Assembly (NCBI GenBank): GCA_050014195.1
Contig: JBEKDT010000015.1
Coordinates: 1 to 64,000, forward strand
Direction: 5' to 3'
DNA: 64,000 nucleotides
Source of the DNA: Desulfomonilia bacterium
Lineage (GTDB): Bacteria; Desulfobacterota; Desulfomonilia; UBA1062
Part shown: positions 37,639-47,366 of the stretch, one piece after another
Numbering within the stretch: position 1 is the first letter of the stretch
Layout: each line of letters starts with the position of its first letter
Program-made: the position numbers and the translations under genes
The notes under the pieces: model-generated
What the model was told of the DNA's origin: nothing
Database searches by the model: none
What the model saw: the letters and a program-made list of their open reading frames with translations, nothing else

Positions 37639-39267
37639 TTACATCATGGTTGCCATCCACAGCAGGCCCATGGCCGGAACAATGGCCCACAGCCCCATTA
37701 CATAGATCGTGTACATGCGGTTGTCGAATATGGTCTGTTCCGTATAAAAGTCAATCCCCTTTGCCAGGAAAAAAAGCGGCGGTAGAAGGCCATAGACAAT
37801 CGCCGGGGCGGCCTTCAGGGGGAAGCTCAGGAAGAGGACAAGTGCCAGGCCCATGATGGTGTATTCCAGCAGCATGGTTGCCTTGTCCTCGTTTATGTAC
37901 CTGGCAAGGCTCATGCGTCCCATGATGGCGTCTTTCTCCATGTTCTTGAGTCCGAGCAGGATCTCGACGGTAAGGTAATGGGTGGCCACATAGGCTGTGA
38001 GCAGGCCGATATTCGGCTGAACTGCCGTGCGGGTGAGGATCAACGGTACTACTATGCAGGTGAGGATGAAAATGGCGGCGCCGTAGAGGCTCTTCAAGTA
38101 ATCCTGCACGCCGGCCACATCCAGTAGAGGTCTTAACAGCGAGGCCCCGATGATAACAAGGGCGCCCGTAAATCCATTCGCCAGCAGGCTGATCGATAAG
38201 GCGATTCCCGTTGAGATGGCCCAGGTGGGCCACTGCCGCTGTCTCTTGGTGCGCGCCGTTGAAGAGAATGCCAGGAAGAAGACGGCAAGCAGCACATCCC
38301 ACCGGTATGCCTGTCCGGAGAAGACGAGGGCCACCATGGCGGCCCCGAGACAGCCCAGCGAGGGCAACAGCGGCGACTCGGCCAAGGTATCCAACATGAT
38401 ACCTTCGATGCCTGAGGACGCATGGATGCTCTTGAGCGCGTCGATGCACTCCTCGATCACCCAGTGAGGTGTTGATGCACCGGCGATGACGGCGACCTTG
38501 TTCATCCGGGAGCGGTTTATGCCCTCGAGCTGATCCGGTGATTCTATCTTGATGACATAGCGGTTTTCTTTGGCCGCGATCTCGGCCAGGCGCTTGGTGT
38601 TGGCCGACGTCCTGCCGCCGATGACTATGAAGGTGTCATGGTCTTTGGCGAGCTCCCTCACCTCGCTCTGGCGGTCCACCGTAGAGCGGCAGATGGTATC
38701 CGATACATCCAGGATATCGGCCTTGTCCCGCAGGATGTCTATTATCTCCTTGTAAAGGGCCACATCAAATGTGGTCTGCGCCACTACGGCAAGTCTTTTT
38801 ACCCGGGGGACCTTTTTCGCATCATCCAGGGTTTGGATGATTATCCCCTTATCCCCGGCAACACCCATGTGGGCATCCATCTCAGGATGGTCCTTGTCGC
38901 CGACGATGGCAATGAGGTCTGCGGTCTTGGCGGCCTTCTTGATGACGGTATGCAGCTTGAGCACCATGGGGCATGCAGCGTCGATGACCTCGACACCGCG
39001 CACTGTAAGCGCCGCCTTATTATCCGGTGAAATGCCATGCGCCCGTACGATGGCGATGTCGCCGGGCTTCAACTTCGGATCGTCGATGTCGTGAACGATC
39101 CCGATCCCCCGCTTGGTCAGCGCGTCAATGACCTGGGGGTTGTGGATGATCTGGCCCAGCGTGTAAATCCTCTTCCCGGGGTCATTCTGCCTTACCTTGA
39201 AGGTGATGTCGATGGCGCGGCGTACCCCGAAACAGAACCCTGCATGGCGAGCGATGGTGATCTTCAT
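37639..39267 (-). CDS. ispH: HMBPP reductase IspH fused to a C-terminal multi-TM (UbiA-like) domain
   Basis: AGFCFGV.RA, IIHN, RAHG, DAACP.V, QTT, TIC, SANT, AGASTP, then about 250 hydrophobic residues; ATG overlaps the tlyA stop. Confidence 0.9.
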   Translation of the reverse strand: MKITIARHAGFCFGVRRAIDITFKVRQNDPGKRIYTLGQIIHNPQVIDALTKRGIGIVHDIDDPKLKPGDIAIVRAHGISPDNKAALTVRGVEVIDAACPMVLKLHTVIKKAAKTADLIAIVGDKDHPEMDAHMGVAGDKGIIIQTLDDAKKVPRVKRLAVVAQTTFDVALYKEIIDILRDKADILDVSDTICRSTVDRQSEVRELAKDHDTFIVIGGRTSANTKRLAEIAAKENRYVIKIESPDQLEGINRSRMNKVAVIAGASTPHWVIEECIDALKSIHASSGIEGIMLDTLAESPLLPSLGCLGAAMVALVFSGQAYRWDVLLAVFFLAFSSTARTKRQRQWPTWAISTGIALSISLLANGFTGALVIIGASLLRPLLDVAGVQDYLKSLYGAAIFILTCIVVPLILTRTAVQPNIGLLTAYVATHYLTVEILLGLKNMEKDAIMGRMSLARYINEDKATMLLEYTIMGLALVLFLSFPLKAAPAIVYGLLPPLFFLAKGIDFYTEQTIFDNRMYTIYVMGLWAIVPAMGLLWMATMM

Positions 39268-40001
39268 TACAGGGCGTTCCTCATTGCATGGATGAGATAT
39301 TCCTGGTTTCCCTTGGCACCCTTGACCGGAGAGGGGATAACCCCGCTTACCTGAAGTGCACAATCTTCCAGGAAGGCCGCCATGTCCTTGACGACGGACT
39401 CATGTACCTGAAGGTCCCTGACCACGCCGCCTCTGCCCACCTGAAGTCTCCCCGCTTCGAACTGGGGCTTGATAAGGGCGATAATGTGCGCTTCGCTCTT
39501 TAAGAGTTCGAGCACCGGCGGGATGACCAGCCTTAAAGAGATGAATGATACGTCAAAGGTTGCCATATCGCACGGCTCCGGGATATGTTCGCGGCCGATC
39601 ATGCGTGCGTTGACGCCCTCCAGACAGACCACCCGAGGATCGGTCCTCAGCCTCCAGTGGAGCTGTCCGTGGCCTACATCCACTGCATACACCTTCTTCG
39701 CACCCCGTTTCAGCATGACATCGGTAAACCCGCCAGTAGACGATCCGACATCGAGGGCGACCATGCCCTTCACATCCACGGAAAATGCATCCAGCGCGGC
39801 ATTGAGCTTCAGCGCTCCCCTGCCCACAAAGGTGTTATAAGGCTTTATCGAGACAGGGGAATCATTTTCGATGGCGGTGCCGGCCTTGATTACGGCCTTG
39901 CCGTCCACCAGGACCTGGCCTGCCATGATAAGGCCAAGCGCCTTGGAGCGGGTCTCGGCCAGGCCTTTCTCCACCAAAAGCTTGTCCAGGCGCATCTTCA
40001 T
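39267..40001 (-). CDS. tlyA: TlyA family rRNA methyltransferase
   Basis: S4 domain, DVGSSTGGFT, DVSFISL, LIKPQFE, GNQEYL. Confidence 0.93.
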   Translation of the reverse strand: MKMRLDKLLVEKGLAETRSKALGLIMAGQVLVDGKAVIKAGTAIENDSPVSIKPYNTFVGRGALKLNAALDAFSVDVKGMVALDVGSSTGGFTDVMLKRGAKKVYAVDVGHGQLHWRLRTDPRVVCLEGVNARMIGREHIPEPCDMATFDVSFISLRLVIPPVLELLKSEAHIIALIKPQFEAGRLQVGRGGVVRDLQVHESVVKDMAAFLEDCALQVSGVIPSPVKGAKGNQEYLIHAMRNAL

Positions 40002-41845
40002 AGGATATCCCTGATGACCTTCTGGATGCCTTTTTCATCCAGACCAACGATCTTTTTAAGATCGCTCAATGATCCGTGTTCGATGAACCTGTCGGGTATG
40101 CCGATGAGCCTGAACTTGAGTGGTATATCCATGTCCTGAAGGGCCTCAAGGATGGCCGACCCGACGCCTCCATGGACACACCCGTCTTCTACCACTACAA
40201 ACCTGCCGCCACAGGAAAGCGCCAGCTCTCTGATGGTCTTCACATCGAGCGGTTTGGCAAAGACAAGGTCGACCACCGCAACATCATCAAGGTCTTTTAC
40301 CGCTTCCAGGGCAGTGTAACATAAGGGGCCTGCACAGAAGACGACAGCCTTTGTGCCCCTTTTCAGGATCTCCGATCTGCCCAGTTTCAACCTGGCTGCC
40401 TTCATGGGAGAGTCGATGACCTTGTCCCTGGGGTATCTGATGGCAACAGGCCTGTGAAGACTCAAGCCGTGTTCGAGCATCTTCTCGAGCATGAGCTGGT
40501 CTCTTGGTACCATGATCGTCATATTGGGGATGCTCCGCAGGTAGGCAAGGTCAAAGGTGCCATGATGCGTGGGGCCGTCGGGGCCCACAAGACCCGCCCT
40601 ATCGATGGCTAAGATGACCGGTGCGTTCTGCAGCGCCACGTCATGGATGATGGAGTCGAAGCCGCGTTGGAGAAAGGTGGAGTAGATGGCCACCACCGGC
40701 CTCAGGCCGAACAGTGACATGGCTGCTGCCATGGTTACGGCATGGCCTTCCGCAATACCCACATCATAAAACCGTTCCGGATATCGTCTGGCAAATTCTT
40801 TCAGCCCTGTGCCCGTAGTCATGGCAGCACTCAAGGCGATGATCCGGGGATCCCTCTTGGCAAGCCGGATAAGGGCGCTGCCGAAGACATCGGAATAAGT
40901 CGGCTCAGGAGAGGCCTTCGGTCCGTCGCCATTTTCCAGATCAAACTTGCCAACGCCATGGTAGTGCTCCGGGTCCTTCACTGCCGGATGGTATCCGCGG
41001 CCCTTCTGGGTGATTACGTGAAGGAGGATCGGCTCATTCATGGCGGCAATGTTCCGGAATGCCTCCACCAGGTGCGCCATGTTATGTCCGTCGATGGGGC
41101 CCACATACCTGAAGCCCATCTCCTCGAAGAGCAGCCCCTCGGTTACTACGCCTTTGAGGTTCCCCTCGATGAGCTTGGCAGCCTTATAGATTGCATTGCC
41201 GCCCAAGGGGATGCGTTTGAGTGTCTGCTTTATGCCGTCTTTCACGTCCCGGACACGCTGTGATGTCATGATCCTGCTCAGATAATCCGCCACTGCCCCG
41301 ACACGCTTGGATATGAACATGGTGTTGTCGTTGAGGACTACGATGAGGTTCTGCCTCCTCATGCCTACGAAATTAAGGCCTTCGAAGGTGAGTCCGTTGG
41401 ACAGCGATCCGTCTCCTATTACGGCTATCACACGGTTTTTACTCTCGGCCTTGGCAAAAGTCTCGCAGATGCCGCTTGCCGCAGGCAGGGCGTTTCCGGT
41501 ATGGCCTGAGATGAAGGCATCGTAAGGGCTCTCGGCGGGGTTCATGAACGGGCTTAAGCCCCCGTGCTGCCTCAGGGTGGGGAAGGAGTCCCTCCTGCCT
41601 GTTATGATCTTGTGCGTATACCCCTGATGGCCCACGTCCCACAGGATTTTGTCCATGGGGGTGTTGAAGACATAGTGCATGGCAATGGTGAGCTCAACGG
41701 TCCCGAGGCTCGATGCCAGGTGGCCCCCCGTACGGCTCACGCACTCTATGATAAATTCCCTGACCTCTGTGCCCAGCGTCTCAAGCTGGCTTATGCTGAG
41801 CCGCTTTAAGTCTGAAGGTGCTGAAATATTTTCAAGGATTCCCAT
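39998..41845 (-). CDS. dxs: 1-deoxy-D-xylulose-5-phosphate synthase
   Basis: GGHLASSLG, WDVGHQ, GDGS, YSTFLQR, DRAG..G.DGPTH. Confidence 0.98.
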   Translation of the reverse strand: MGILENISAPSDLKRLSISQLETLGTEVREFIIECVSRTGGHLASSLGTVELTIAMHYVFNTPMDKILWDVGHQGYTHKIITGRRDSFPTLRQHGGLSPFMNPAESPYDAFISGHTGNALPAASGICETFAKAESKNRVIAVIGDGSLSNGLTFEGLNFVGMRRQNLIVVLNDNTMFISKRVGAVADYLSRIMTSQRVRDVKDGIKQTLKRIPLGGNAIYKAAKLIEGNLKGVVTEGLLFEEMGFRYVGPIDGHNMAHLVEAFRNIAAMNEPILLHVITQKGRGYHPAVKDPEHYHGVGKFDLENGDGPKASPEPTYSDVFGSALIRLAKRDPRIIALSAAMTTGTGLKEFARRYPERFYDVGIAEGHAVTMAAAMSLFGLRPVVAIYSTFLQRGFDSIIHDVALQNAPVILAIDRAGLVGPDGPTHHGTFDLAYLRSIPNMTIMVPRDQLMLEKMLEHGLSLHRPVAIRYPRDKVIDSPMKAARLKLGRSEILKRGTKAVVFCAGPLCYTALEAVKDLDDVAVVDLVFAKPLDVKTIRELALSCGGRFVVVEDGCVHGGVGSAILEALQDMDIPLKFRLIGIPDRFIEHGSLSDLKKIVGLDEKGIQKVIRDIL

Positions 41846-41847
41846 AG

Positions 41848-42726
41848 TCACATCACCCGCTTGAGCATCCACGAGGCAAGCCCCCTGAGGGTCTCGGCCT
41901 GATCGTCCCTCAGGCCGTCAAGCGCCTTTATGGCCTTTAAGGTGGAGGTTTGCGCCCATATACGCGCCGCATCGAGGCCAAGGGCCTTCACCACGGTGGC
42001 CTTGCTCTGGACCAGGTCCTTGCCCGCACTCTTGCCCAGTGTCCGGCTGTCGGATGTCACGTCCAGGATATCATCAATGGCCTGGAATGCAAGCCCGAGG
42101 TGGGTGCCGAAGCCTGCCAGGGACCCGATCAGGGCCTTGTCATCGCAGGCTACGCGTGCACCTGCATACAGAGACATCTCAAAAAGGCGTGAGGTTTTTT
42201 GGGTGTAGATCTCTTCGATTTTAGAAAGATCCATGTCCCTTCCCTCGGCCATGACATCCTCATACTCCCCCTGGACCAGACCTGCGGTACCGCAAACATC
42301 GGCAAAAGCAGTGCACAGGTCCACCTTGACCTGAGAAGAATATGAGCTTGTGCAGATTACGGCCAGTGCCTGGAAGATCAATGCATCTCCTGCCAGGATG
42401 GCAGTGGCCTCCCCGAATTTCTTGTGGCATGTGGGCATGCCCCTCCTCAGGTCGTCATTGTCAAGGGCGGGCAGGTCGTCGTGAATGAGGCTGAAGGTAT
42501 GGACCATCTCAATGGCCAGGCCGACAGGCAGTGCGGCTGTTCCCTGACCGCCGGCGGCCTCGCATGCAAGCATGGCAAGTATCGGCCTGATCCTCTTACC
42601 GCCCGCCTTGAGGCTGTAGGCAAAGGCCTCGAAAATGCCGGAGCTGCTCTGCGTATCCCGAAGGTAGTCCGCAAGGTATTCATCAAAGGCTGCCTTCCTG
42701 GTCGTGATCAAGGCGCTGATATCCAC
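41848..42726 (-). CDS. ispA: Polyprenyl (farnesyl) diphosphate synthase
   Basis: GGKRIRP, SLIHDDLP..DNDDLRRG, FQAIDDILD; GTG 42726 follows an AGGGG RBS. Confidence 0.92.
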   Translation of the reverse strand: MDISALITTRKAAFDEYLADYLRDTQSSSGIFEAFAYSLKAGGKRIRPILAMLACEAAGGQGTAALPVGLAIEMVHTFSLIHDDLPALDNDDLRRGMPTCHKKFGEATAILAGDALIFQALAVICTSSYSSQVKVDLCTAFADVCGTAGLVQGEYEDVMAEGRDMDLSKIEEIYTQKTSRLFEMSLYAGARVACDDKALIGSLAGFGTHLGLAFQAIDDILDVTSDSRTLGKSAGKDLVQSKATVVKALGLDAARIWAQTSTLKAIKALDGLRDDQAETLRGLASWMLKRVM

Positions 42727-42807
42727 GGTTAGTCCCCTATTTAAGGCAATAGCACGGCCCAAGACAATCTTCAACAGCCTAAAGATCCACGTGAAAGACC
42801 CTGAGAG

Positions 42808-43749
42808 CTATGTCTGCGAGAGCTCCTCATAGAGTTTCATGATGGTGTTTACATAGACATCGCTGTGGTTATACAACCATATGGCGTTGCGGTTTTTTTT
42901 CTCATCACCGTTTTCCCTCCAGCCGGATATCTTGAGGAGGTTCGCAATGCTCGCAATAGCATCCGGCATTCTGAAGGGGTTTTTTTCACCATCGCCAACA
43001 CCATCGACCCCCCATTTCCTGAATGTGGTAGGGATGAATTGTGCCGGACCCAAGGCCCCTGCCACGGAGCCTTTGATCTCCAGGGGGTCCATCTTTATCT
43101 CGTCGGCAAGCATGATCAGGTTAAAGAGCTCCTCTCCCGCCCATCTTCCCCTGGCAAAAGTCTTTTTCACCCCTTCCTCATCCTGAAGAAAGGCCTCCGT
43201 CCCGCTGTTTTTGTCTTTCAGCAACTTTATTATATCCGGGTCGGATATGAGGGAGATGTTTGCATAGACCTGAAATGCATTGTATTTCTGAGGATATGTT
43301 CCCAGCCTTGTTTCAATGATGAGGATCGCGGTGATGATCTGAGGGGAGACCCCATACTTGTCCTGAACCGAGACAAAGAATTCCCGGTTTTCCTCGATGA
43401 AGGCCTTGCCCTTAATTACGTACTTCTTGTCGTACTCCATGCGTTCCGGGTGTTTTGCAGAGCCCTTGGGATGACAGAAGTCAAGGTTTTTCAAGATGAA
43501 TTTCTCATCAAAGGCCATTCGAGGATCGGTTATGAGGGCATGCGCACGGGTCCTATCAAGGCCCTTGCCCACCAGCAGTTCCTCCACAAAACCTCTGGCA
43601 TGATCATCATTGATCAGCTCCGGGCTTGGAGGGATTTGGACTGTGGGTTGGCCGGCAGGTTCGACTGCAGGCCCCTTGTGCGCACATGAGCTCATAAGCG
43701 CCAGTGTGGTTACAAAAATCGTGATGATGATAAATCCAAGTGCCTTCAT
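42808..43749 (-). CDS. Lytic murein transglycosylase B-like lipoprotein
   Basis: Lipobox MSSC, IETRLG, GS.AGALG.AQF.P, YNHS..Y. Confidence 0.88.
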   Translation of the reverse strand: MKALGFIIITIFVTTLALMSSCAHKGPAVEPAGQPTVQIPPSPELINDDHARGFVEELLVGKGLDRTRAHALITDPRMAFDEKFILKNLDFCHPKGSAKHPERMEYDKKYVIKGKAFIEENREFFVSVQDKYGVSPQIITAILIIETRLGTYPQKYNAFQVYANISLISDPDIIKLLKDKNSGTEAFLQDEEGVKKTFARGRWAGEELFNLIMLADEIKMDPLEIKGSVAGALGPAQFIPTTFRKWGVDGVGDGEKNPFRMPDAIASIANLLKISGWRENGDEKKNRNAIWLYNHSDVYVNTIMKLYEELSQT

Positions 43750-43898
43750 CTGAAAAAGGATATTATATCGCACACGGCAGAGTTACAAGTAAATATCCGC
43801 TTTCTTTCGAAATACGATAACTCTTACCATACATGGCTGACCCACACACATACGCCTGTCTTGACTTTCTGTACCGGCACATCATACAACCACTAATT

Positions 43899-45233
43899 AT
43901 GAAGAGGATTCTCATAGCCAACAGGGGCGAGGTGGTCTTGCGCGTCATCAGGACGGCCCGTGAGCTGGGGTTGGAAACCATCGTGGTCTATTCAGAGGCC
44001 GATAAGGACATGGAGTACCTGAACTTCGCCGACGAGGCGGTAAAGATCGGCCCCGAGCAGCCCTCTAAGAGCTACCTCAATATCGATGCCATCATCTCTG
44101 CGGCCCTGGCATGGAAGGCCAACGCCATCCACCCCGGTTACGGTTTCCTCTCGGAGAACCCCCAGTTCGCCTTTCTCTGCGAGGAGAACGGGATCGAGTT
44201 CATAGGGCCTACGAGTGCCACCCTTCGGACCATCGGCAACAAGTCCCGGACAAAGGAGGTTGCCAGGTCGCTGAACATACCCACCATCCCGGGATCTTAT
44301 GGAGTGGTTGCCGACATCGGACAGACTATCCTCCTAGCCCAGGACCTCGGCTTTCCCGTGATCCTCAAGTCGCTGTACGGCGGAGGCGGCAGGGGGATGA
44401 AGGTGGCATTCTCCGATGATCAGCTGAGACAGCACTTTGCCAGCGTGAGCAGCGAGGCAAGCGCAGCATTCGGCCGTAATGAGGTCTACATTGAGCACTA
44501 CATCGCATCGCCGCGACACCTGGAAGTCCAGGTCCTGGCCGATGCATATGGGAACATCAGAATCTTCAGCGACCGCGAGTGCTCTATCCAGAGGCGCCAC
44601 CAGAAGATCATCGAGGAGGCACCCATCTCCAATATCGATGAAGACCTGCGGCAGAACCTCTGGGAATGGTCGAGACAGATCATCCAGGCCATTGCATTCA
44701 AGGGCCTTGGCACTGTGGAGTTTCTCATGGATCAGGAAGGGAAGATCTTCTTCCTCGAGATCAACGGCAGGCTCCAGGTGGAACACCCGGTTACAGAGAT
44801 GATTACCGGCATCGACATGATTCGCGAGCAGATCATGATCGCAGCGGGTGCCCATATAGAACCGTCTCCTGTCATCATCACGGGGCATGCCATCGAATGT
44901 CGGATCAATGCAGAGAATCCGTCAAAGAATTTCATGCCCACTACGGGTACCATCACAAGACTGCGGCTGCCGAGCGGCCCGGGTGCGCGTGTGGATACGC
45001 ACCTCTTCCCCGGCTGCATCGTGACCCCGTTCTACGACCCCCTGCTCGTGAAGCTCATCGCCCTCCACACCACGCGCGATGGGGCTTTACGCCGCATGGA
45101 CAGGATGCTGGACGAGACCATCATCGAGGGACTCACGACCAACAAGGACCTGCTCTACAAGTTGCTCAACCATGATAGTTTTCTCTCGGGTAACGGGGAC
45201 ACATCTCTTGTGACACAGCTGCTCAATAAGTGA
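43899..45233 (+). CDS. accC: Biotin carboxylase
   Basis: ILIANRGE, HPGYGFLSEN, GGGGRGM, RECSIQRRHQK, RLQVEHPVTE. Confidence 0.9.
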   Translation: MKRILIANRGEVVLRVIRTARELGLETIVVYSEADKDMEYLNFADEAVKIGPEQPSKSYLNIDAIISAALAWKANAIHPGYGFLSENPQFAFLCEENGIEFIGPTSATLRTIGNKSRTKEVARSLNIPTIPGSYGVVADIGQTILLAQDLGFPVILKSLYGGGGRGMKVAFSDDQLRQHFASVSSEASAAFGRNEVYIEHYIASPRHLEVQVLADAYGNIRIFSDRECSIQRRHQKIIEEAPISNIDEDLRQNLWEWSRQIIQAIAFKGLGTVEFLMDQEGKIFFLEINGRLQVEHPVTEMITGIDMIREQIMIAAGAHIEPSPVIITGHAIECRINAENPSKNFMPTTGTITRLRLPSGPGARVDTHLFPGCIVTPFYDPLLVKLIALHTTRDGALRRMDRMLDETIIEGLTTNKDLLYKLLNHDSFLSGNGDTSLVTQLLNK

Positions 45234-45309
45234 TCAGAAGCTTTCTTCAAACGGTTCAGGGATTAAAATGCCTGAGGTCGCACATGTGTTCCCGACATAC
45301 TCTTAAATC

Positions 45310-45536
45310 ATAGTAACGCAGACTCAGATCATTGAGGAGCACACAAAGAGTAATATCTTACCACGAAGAGCACGAAGGACACGAAGAAAGAAAGCCTTTT
45401 GAAATAGCTGACCGGTTCAATGGATCCTAGAGTGTTTGTTCTGGTTTTTTAGATCATCTTCGTGCTCTTCGTGTCCTTCGTGGTGAGAAAAGAATTAGGA
45501 TGCAAACCATAAAAATATGCTTCAAGGAGAAGAACC
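45310..45536. repeat. ~230 bp element with inverted CACGAAGRR nonamer arrays, copy A
   Basis: accacgaagagcacgaaggacacgaag (45360-45386) faces cttcgtgctcttcgtgtccttcgtggt (45458-45484); flanks align to the reverse complement of 51641-51940. Confidence 0.85.
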
Positions 45537-45570
45537 TAAAACTTTGAAGGATACGCTCTTGAGGTTGCCC

Positions 45571-45609
45571 AAAAAAATCACGAGCCGGTTACTCGCCCGG
45601 CTCGTGATT
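45571..45609 (-). terminator. Rho-independent terminator of the leftward small-protein operon
   Basis: Minus strand AATCACGAGCCGG-loop-CCGGCTCGTGATT followed by a T-run. Confidence 0.8.
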
Positions 45610-45663
45610 CTGTTTGGTGCGATACTGTTATGATATTCTCTTGTACCGGCTGGAGGCAATTTC

Positions 45664-45930
45664 CTATGCCTGATGATGAGTTATCCTTGATCTGTTAATC
45701 TGCTCTCGTGTCTTGGCGAAATCCATATATATTCTCGCAATGCACAACGATATTGCCAATACAAATAACCCAAGCATGAATGCCGGCTCGGTGTTGAACT
45801 GTACATCTATCCATCGACCGACAAACAGGAACAGGAATGAGGAGATAACCAGGGTGAAGCTCCACGCACTCATTAATATGATATGGTTCAGATTCTTGTT
45901 CGTGAGCTTGTTTCTTCGAACCCTTTTCAT
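45664..45930 (-). CDS. AtpZ/AtpI (ATPase gene 1)-like two-TM protein, copy 1
   Basis: GRWIDVQFNTEPAFMLGL matches the G.W.D..F.T.P.F...GL signature; AAGGAGG RBS. Confidence 0.75.
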   Translation of the reverse strand: MKRVRRNKLTNKNLNHIILMSAWSFTLVISSFLFLFVGRWIDVQFNTEPAFMLGLFVLAISLCIARIYMDFAKTREQINRSRITHHQA

Positions 45931-46010
45931 CGCTGTTACCTCCTTTCCTTCTTTTCCCGCCCGTACCCCGTTAGGGAAGGGGCGGGATAACCTTACCTCT
46001 TAAGATCTTC

Positions 46011-46286
46011 TCAGCTCACCAGGCCCTTCACTGCTTCGATCACCGGGGCGGTGAACAGGGCAACCAGCACTGCATACAGTGCAAAGGACCCGACTGCCTC
46101 GCTGAGGTACATCCTCGGATAACGGTATTTCAGGGAAATGATGGTGAGCCCGCCCATGATCAGGCAGCCAAGGTGGAAGTAGGGGAAGTTCCCGCCGCCG
46201 GAAGTCTCTGCCGCTGCAAAGGCAAAGGTACCGGTGATCATCACCACGAACATCGCTACGATTATTGTCTGAATTGTCCTTTTCAT
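46011..46286 (-). CDS. Small membrane protein with signal peptide (paralog of 47151-47327)
   Basis: AAGGAGG RBS 8 nt before ATG; signal peptide ending AFA; two TM segments. Confidence 0.75.
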   Translation of the reverse strand: MKRTIQTIIVAMFVVMITGTFAFAAAETSGGGNFPYFHLGCLIMGGLTIISLKYRYPRMYLSEAVGSFALYAVLVALFTAPVIEAVKGLVS

Positions 46287-46328
46287 TGTCATTGCCTCCT
46301 TCATGATTGCTTGATGCTTATAGATAAG

Positions 46329-46343
46329 GCAAGCCCCGTGCCA
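46329..46343 (-). promoter_or_regulatory. Sigma54 -24/-12 promoter (leftward operon)
   Basis: TGGCAC-GGGGC-TTGC, exact consensus spacing. Confidence 0.88.
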
Positions 46344-46372
46344 AGTGTGCTGGATCAGCGATGAATACCTTA

Positions 46373-46385
46373 TAACATATTGATA
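46373..46385 (-). promoter_or_regulatory. IHF binding site
   Basis: TATCAATATGTTA matches WATCAANNNNTTR, about 30 bp upstream of the sigma54 promoter. Confidence 0.65.
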
Positions 46386-46547
46386 TCGAATCCATTTAAC
46401 TGAATATCCACTCAATAATCGCATGCCTCAATCCCTAAGAAAACCGGGATTCATTAAAAAAAACGTTGAGAGGTATTCAATGAAACGTTTAATCCGGTCC
46501 CTCTTGACAGACCACATTTTCAACCTTCACCCTTGACTCTCTTCAGC

Positions 46548-46856
46548 ATGAATGTCATGCCTGCCGCTATCAGGGAAAGAATGGGACTGCTCCCTAACCT
46601 TTTCGATGACAGGAGGCGAAATAGTAGGCTTCATGTCGACAAGACCGTATCCTGCATTCGCAATGGGGATGAAATGCAGACCGCACATCTGATCAATATC
46701 AGCAGGAGCGGTATGTATGTTGAGATCGATACCCCGTCTGATATCGGGCAGGAGATGTTCATCAACCTTACCGAGAGAAACCTCGGGGTGTTTACGCGGG
46801 TGAAAGGGCGGGTGATGAGGAGATCTGAAAGGGGTATGGCTATCCGGTTCATCTGA
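46548..46856 (+). CDS. PilZ domain protein
   Basis: RxxxR (DRRRNSR) and NISRSG motifs, GMAIRF end. Confidence 0.85.
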   Translation: MNVMPAAIRERMGLLPNLFDDRRRNSRLHVDKTVSCIRNGDEMQTAHLINISRSGMYVEIDTPSDIGQEMFINLTERNLGVFTRVKGRVMRRSERGMAIRFI

Positions 46857-46929
46857 CCGGCCCCTGGCTTGCAGGTTATGTTCCAAGATCAAGGCCTTAA
46901 ACCTTAGCGGGGCATTCTTTTATGTCCTT

Positions 46930-47024
46930 TGCCACTTTGTCACATTTTGACCATGGTTACCCTACGGTTTTGCCACTTTGTTCATGCCCGGTATCTTCAT
47001 TGATGCACTTGTGCCATTTTGGCA
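46930..47024. promoter_or_regulatory. Three phased candidate enhancer-binding-protein sites
   Basis: TGCCActtTGTCA (46930), TGCCActtTGTtc (46971), TGCCAtttTGGCA (47012), spaced exactly 41 bp. Confidence 0.6.
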
Positions 47025-47059
47025 AAAATATGGTGCGAGAGAATATTTATAGTTAGTAT

Positions 47060-47072
47060 AATCATTGAGTTA
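47060..47072 (+). promoter_or_regulatory. Probable IHF site
   Basis: AATCATTGAGTTA (one mismatch to WATCAANNNNTTR) between the enhancer sites and the promoter. Confidence 0.5.
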
Positions 47073-47087
47073 TAAACCATGATCATC

Positions 47088-47102
47088 TGGCACGGCCCTT
47101 GC
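47088..47102 (+). promoter_or_regulatory. Sigma54 -24/-12 promoter (rightward operon)
   Basis: TGGCAC-GGCCC-TTGC followed by CTTAT, as in the leftward promoter. Confidence 0.88.
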
Positions 47103-47150
47103 CTTATGTTAGATAGAAAGAAAAAAACAAACCCCAAGGAGGGTAAGACA

Positions 47151-47327
47151 ATGATGACATTATGGATCGTTCTCGGCGCACTGTTCATGACCGGCATAGG
47201 CATCAGGTTCACCTACAAGGTCCTTGGACTCACCCCGGCCGAAGCAACCGCAGTGTTCGTCCTGGTGGTCACCCTGATCGGCATCAACACCGGCCCGGCA
47301 CGCGAGATCCTCATGAACCTGTTCTAA
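47151..47327 (+). CDS. Small two-TM membrane protein (paralog of 46011-46286)
   Basis: AAGGAGGG RBS; 58 aa hydrophobic; aligns with the leftward protein. Confidence 0.75.
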   Translation: MMTLWIVLGALFMTGIGIRFTYKVLGLTPAEATAVFVLVVTLIGINTGPAREILMNLF

Positions 47328-47366
47328 GGCTTCTGCGGGATAGCAAAACGGATAAGGAGGAAGGCC

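Noticed and set aside
45360-45484. Nonamer arrays, REPs or attC sites as a CRISPR array
   Set aside because: No identical direct repeats with regular unique spacers and no cas genes.
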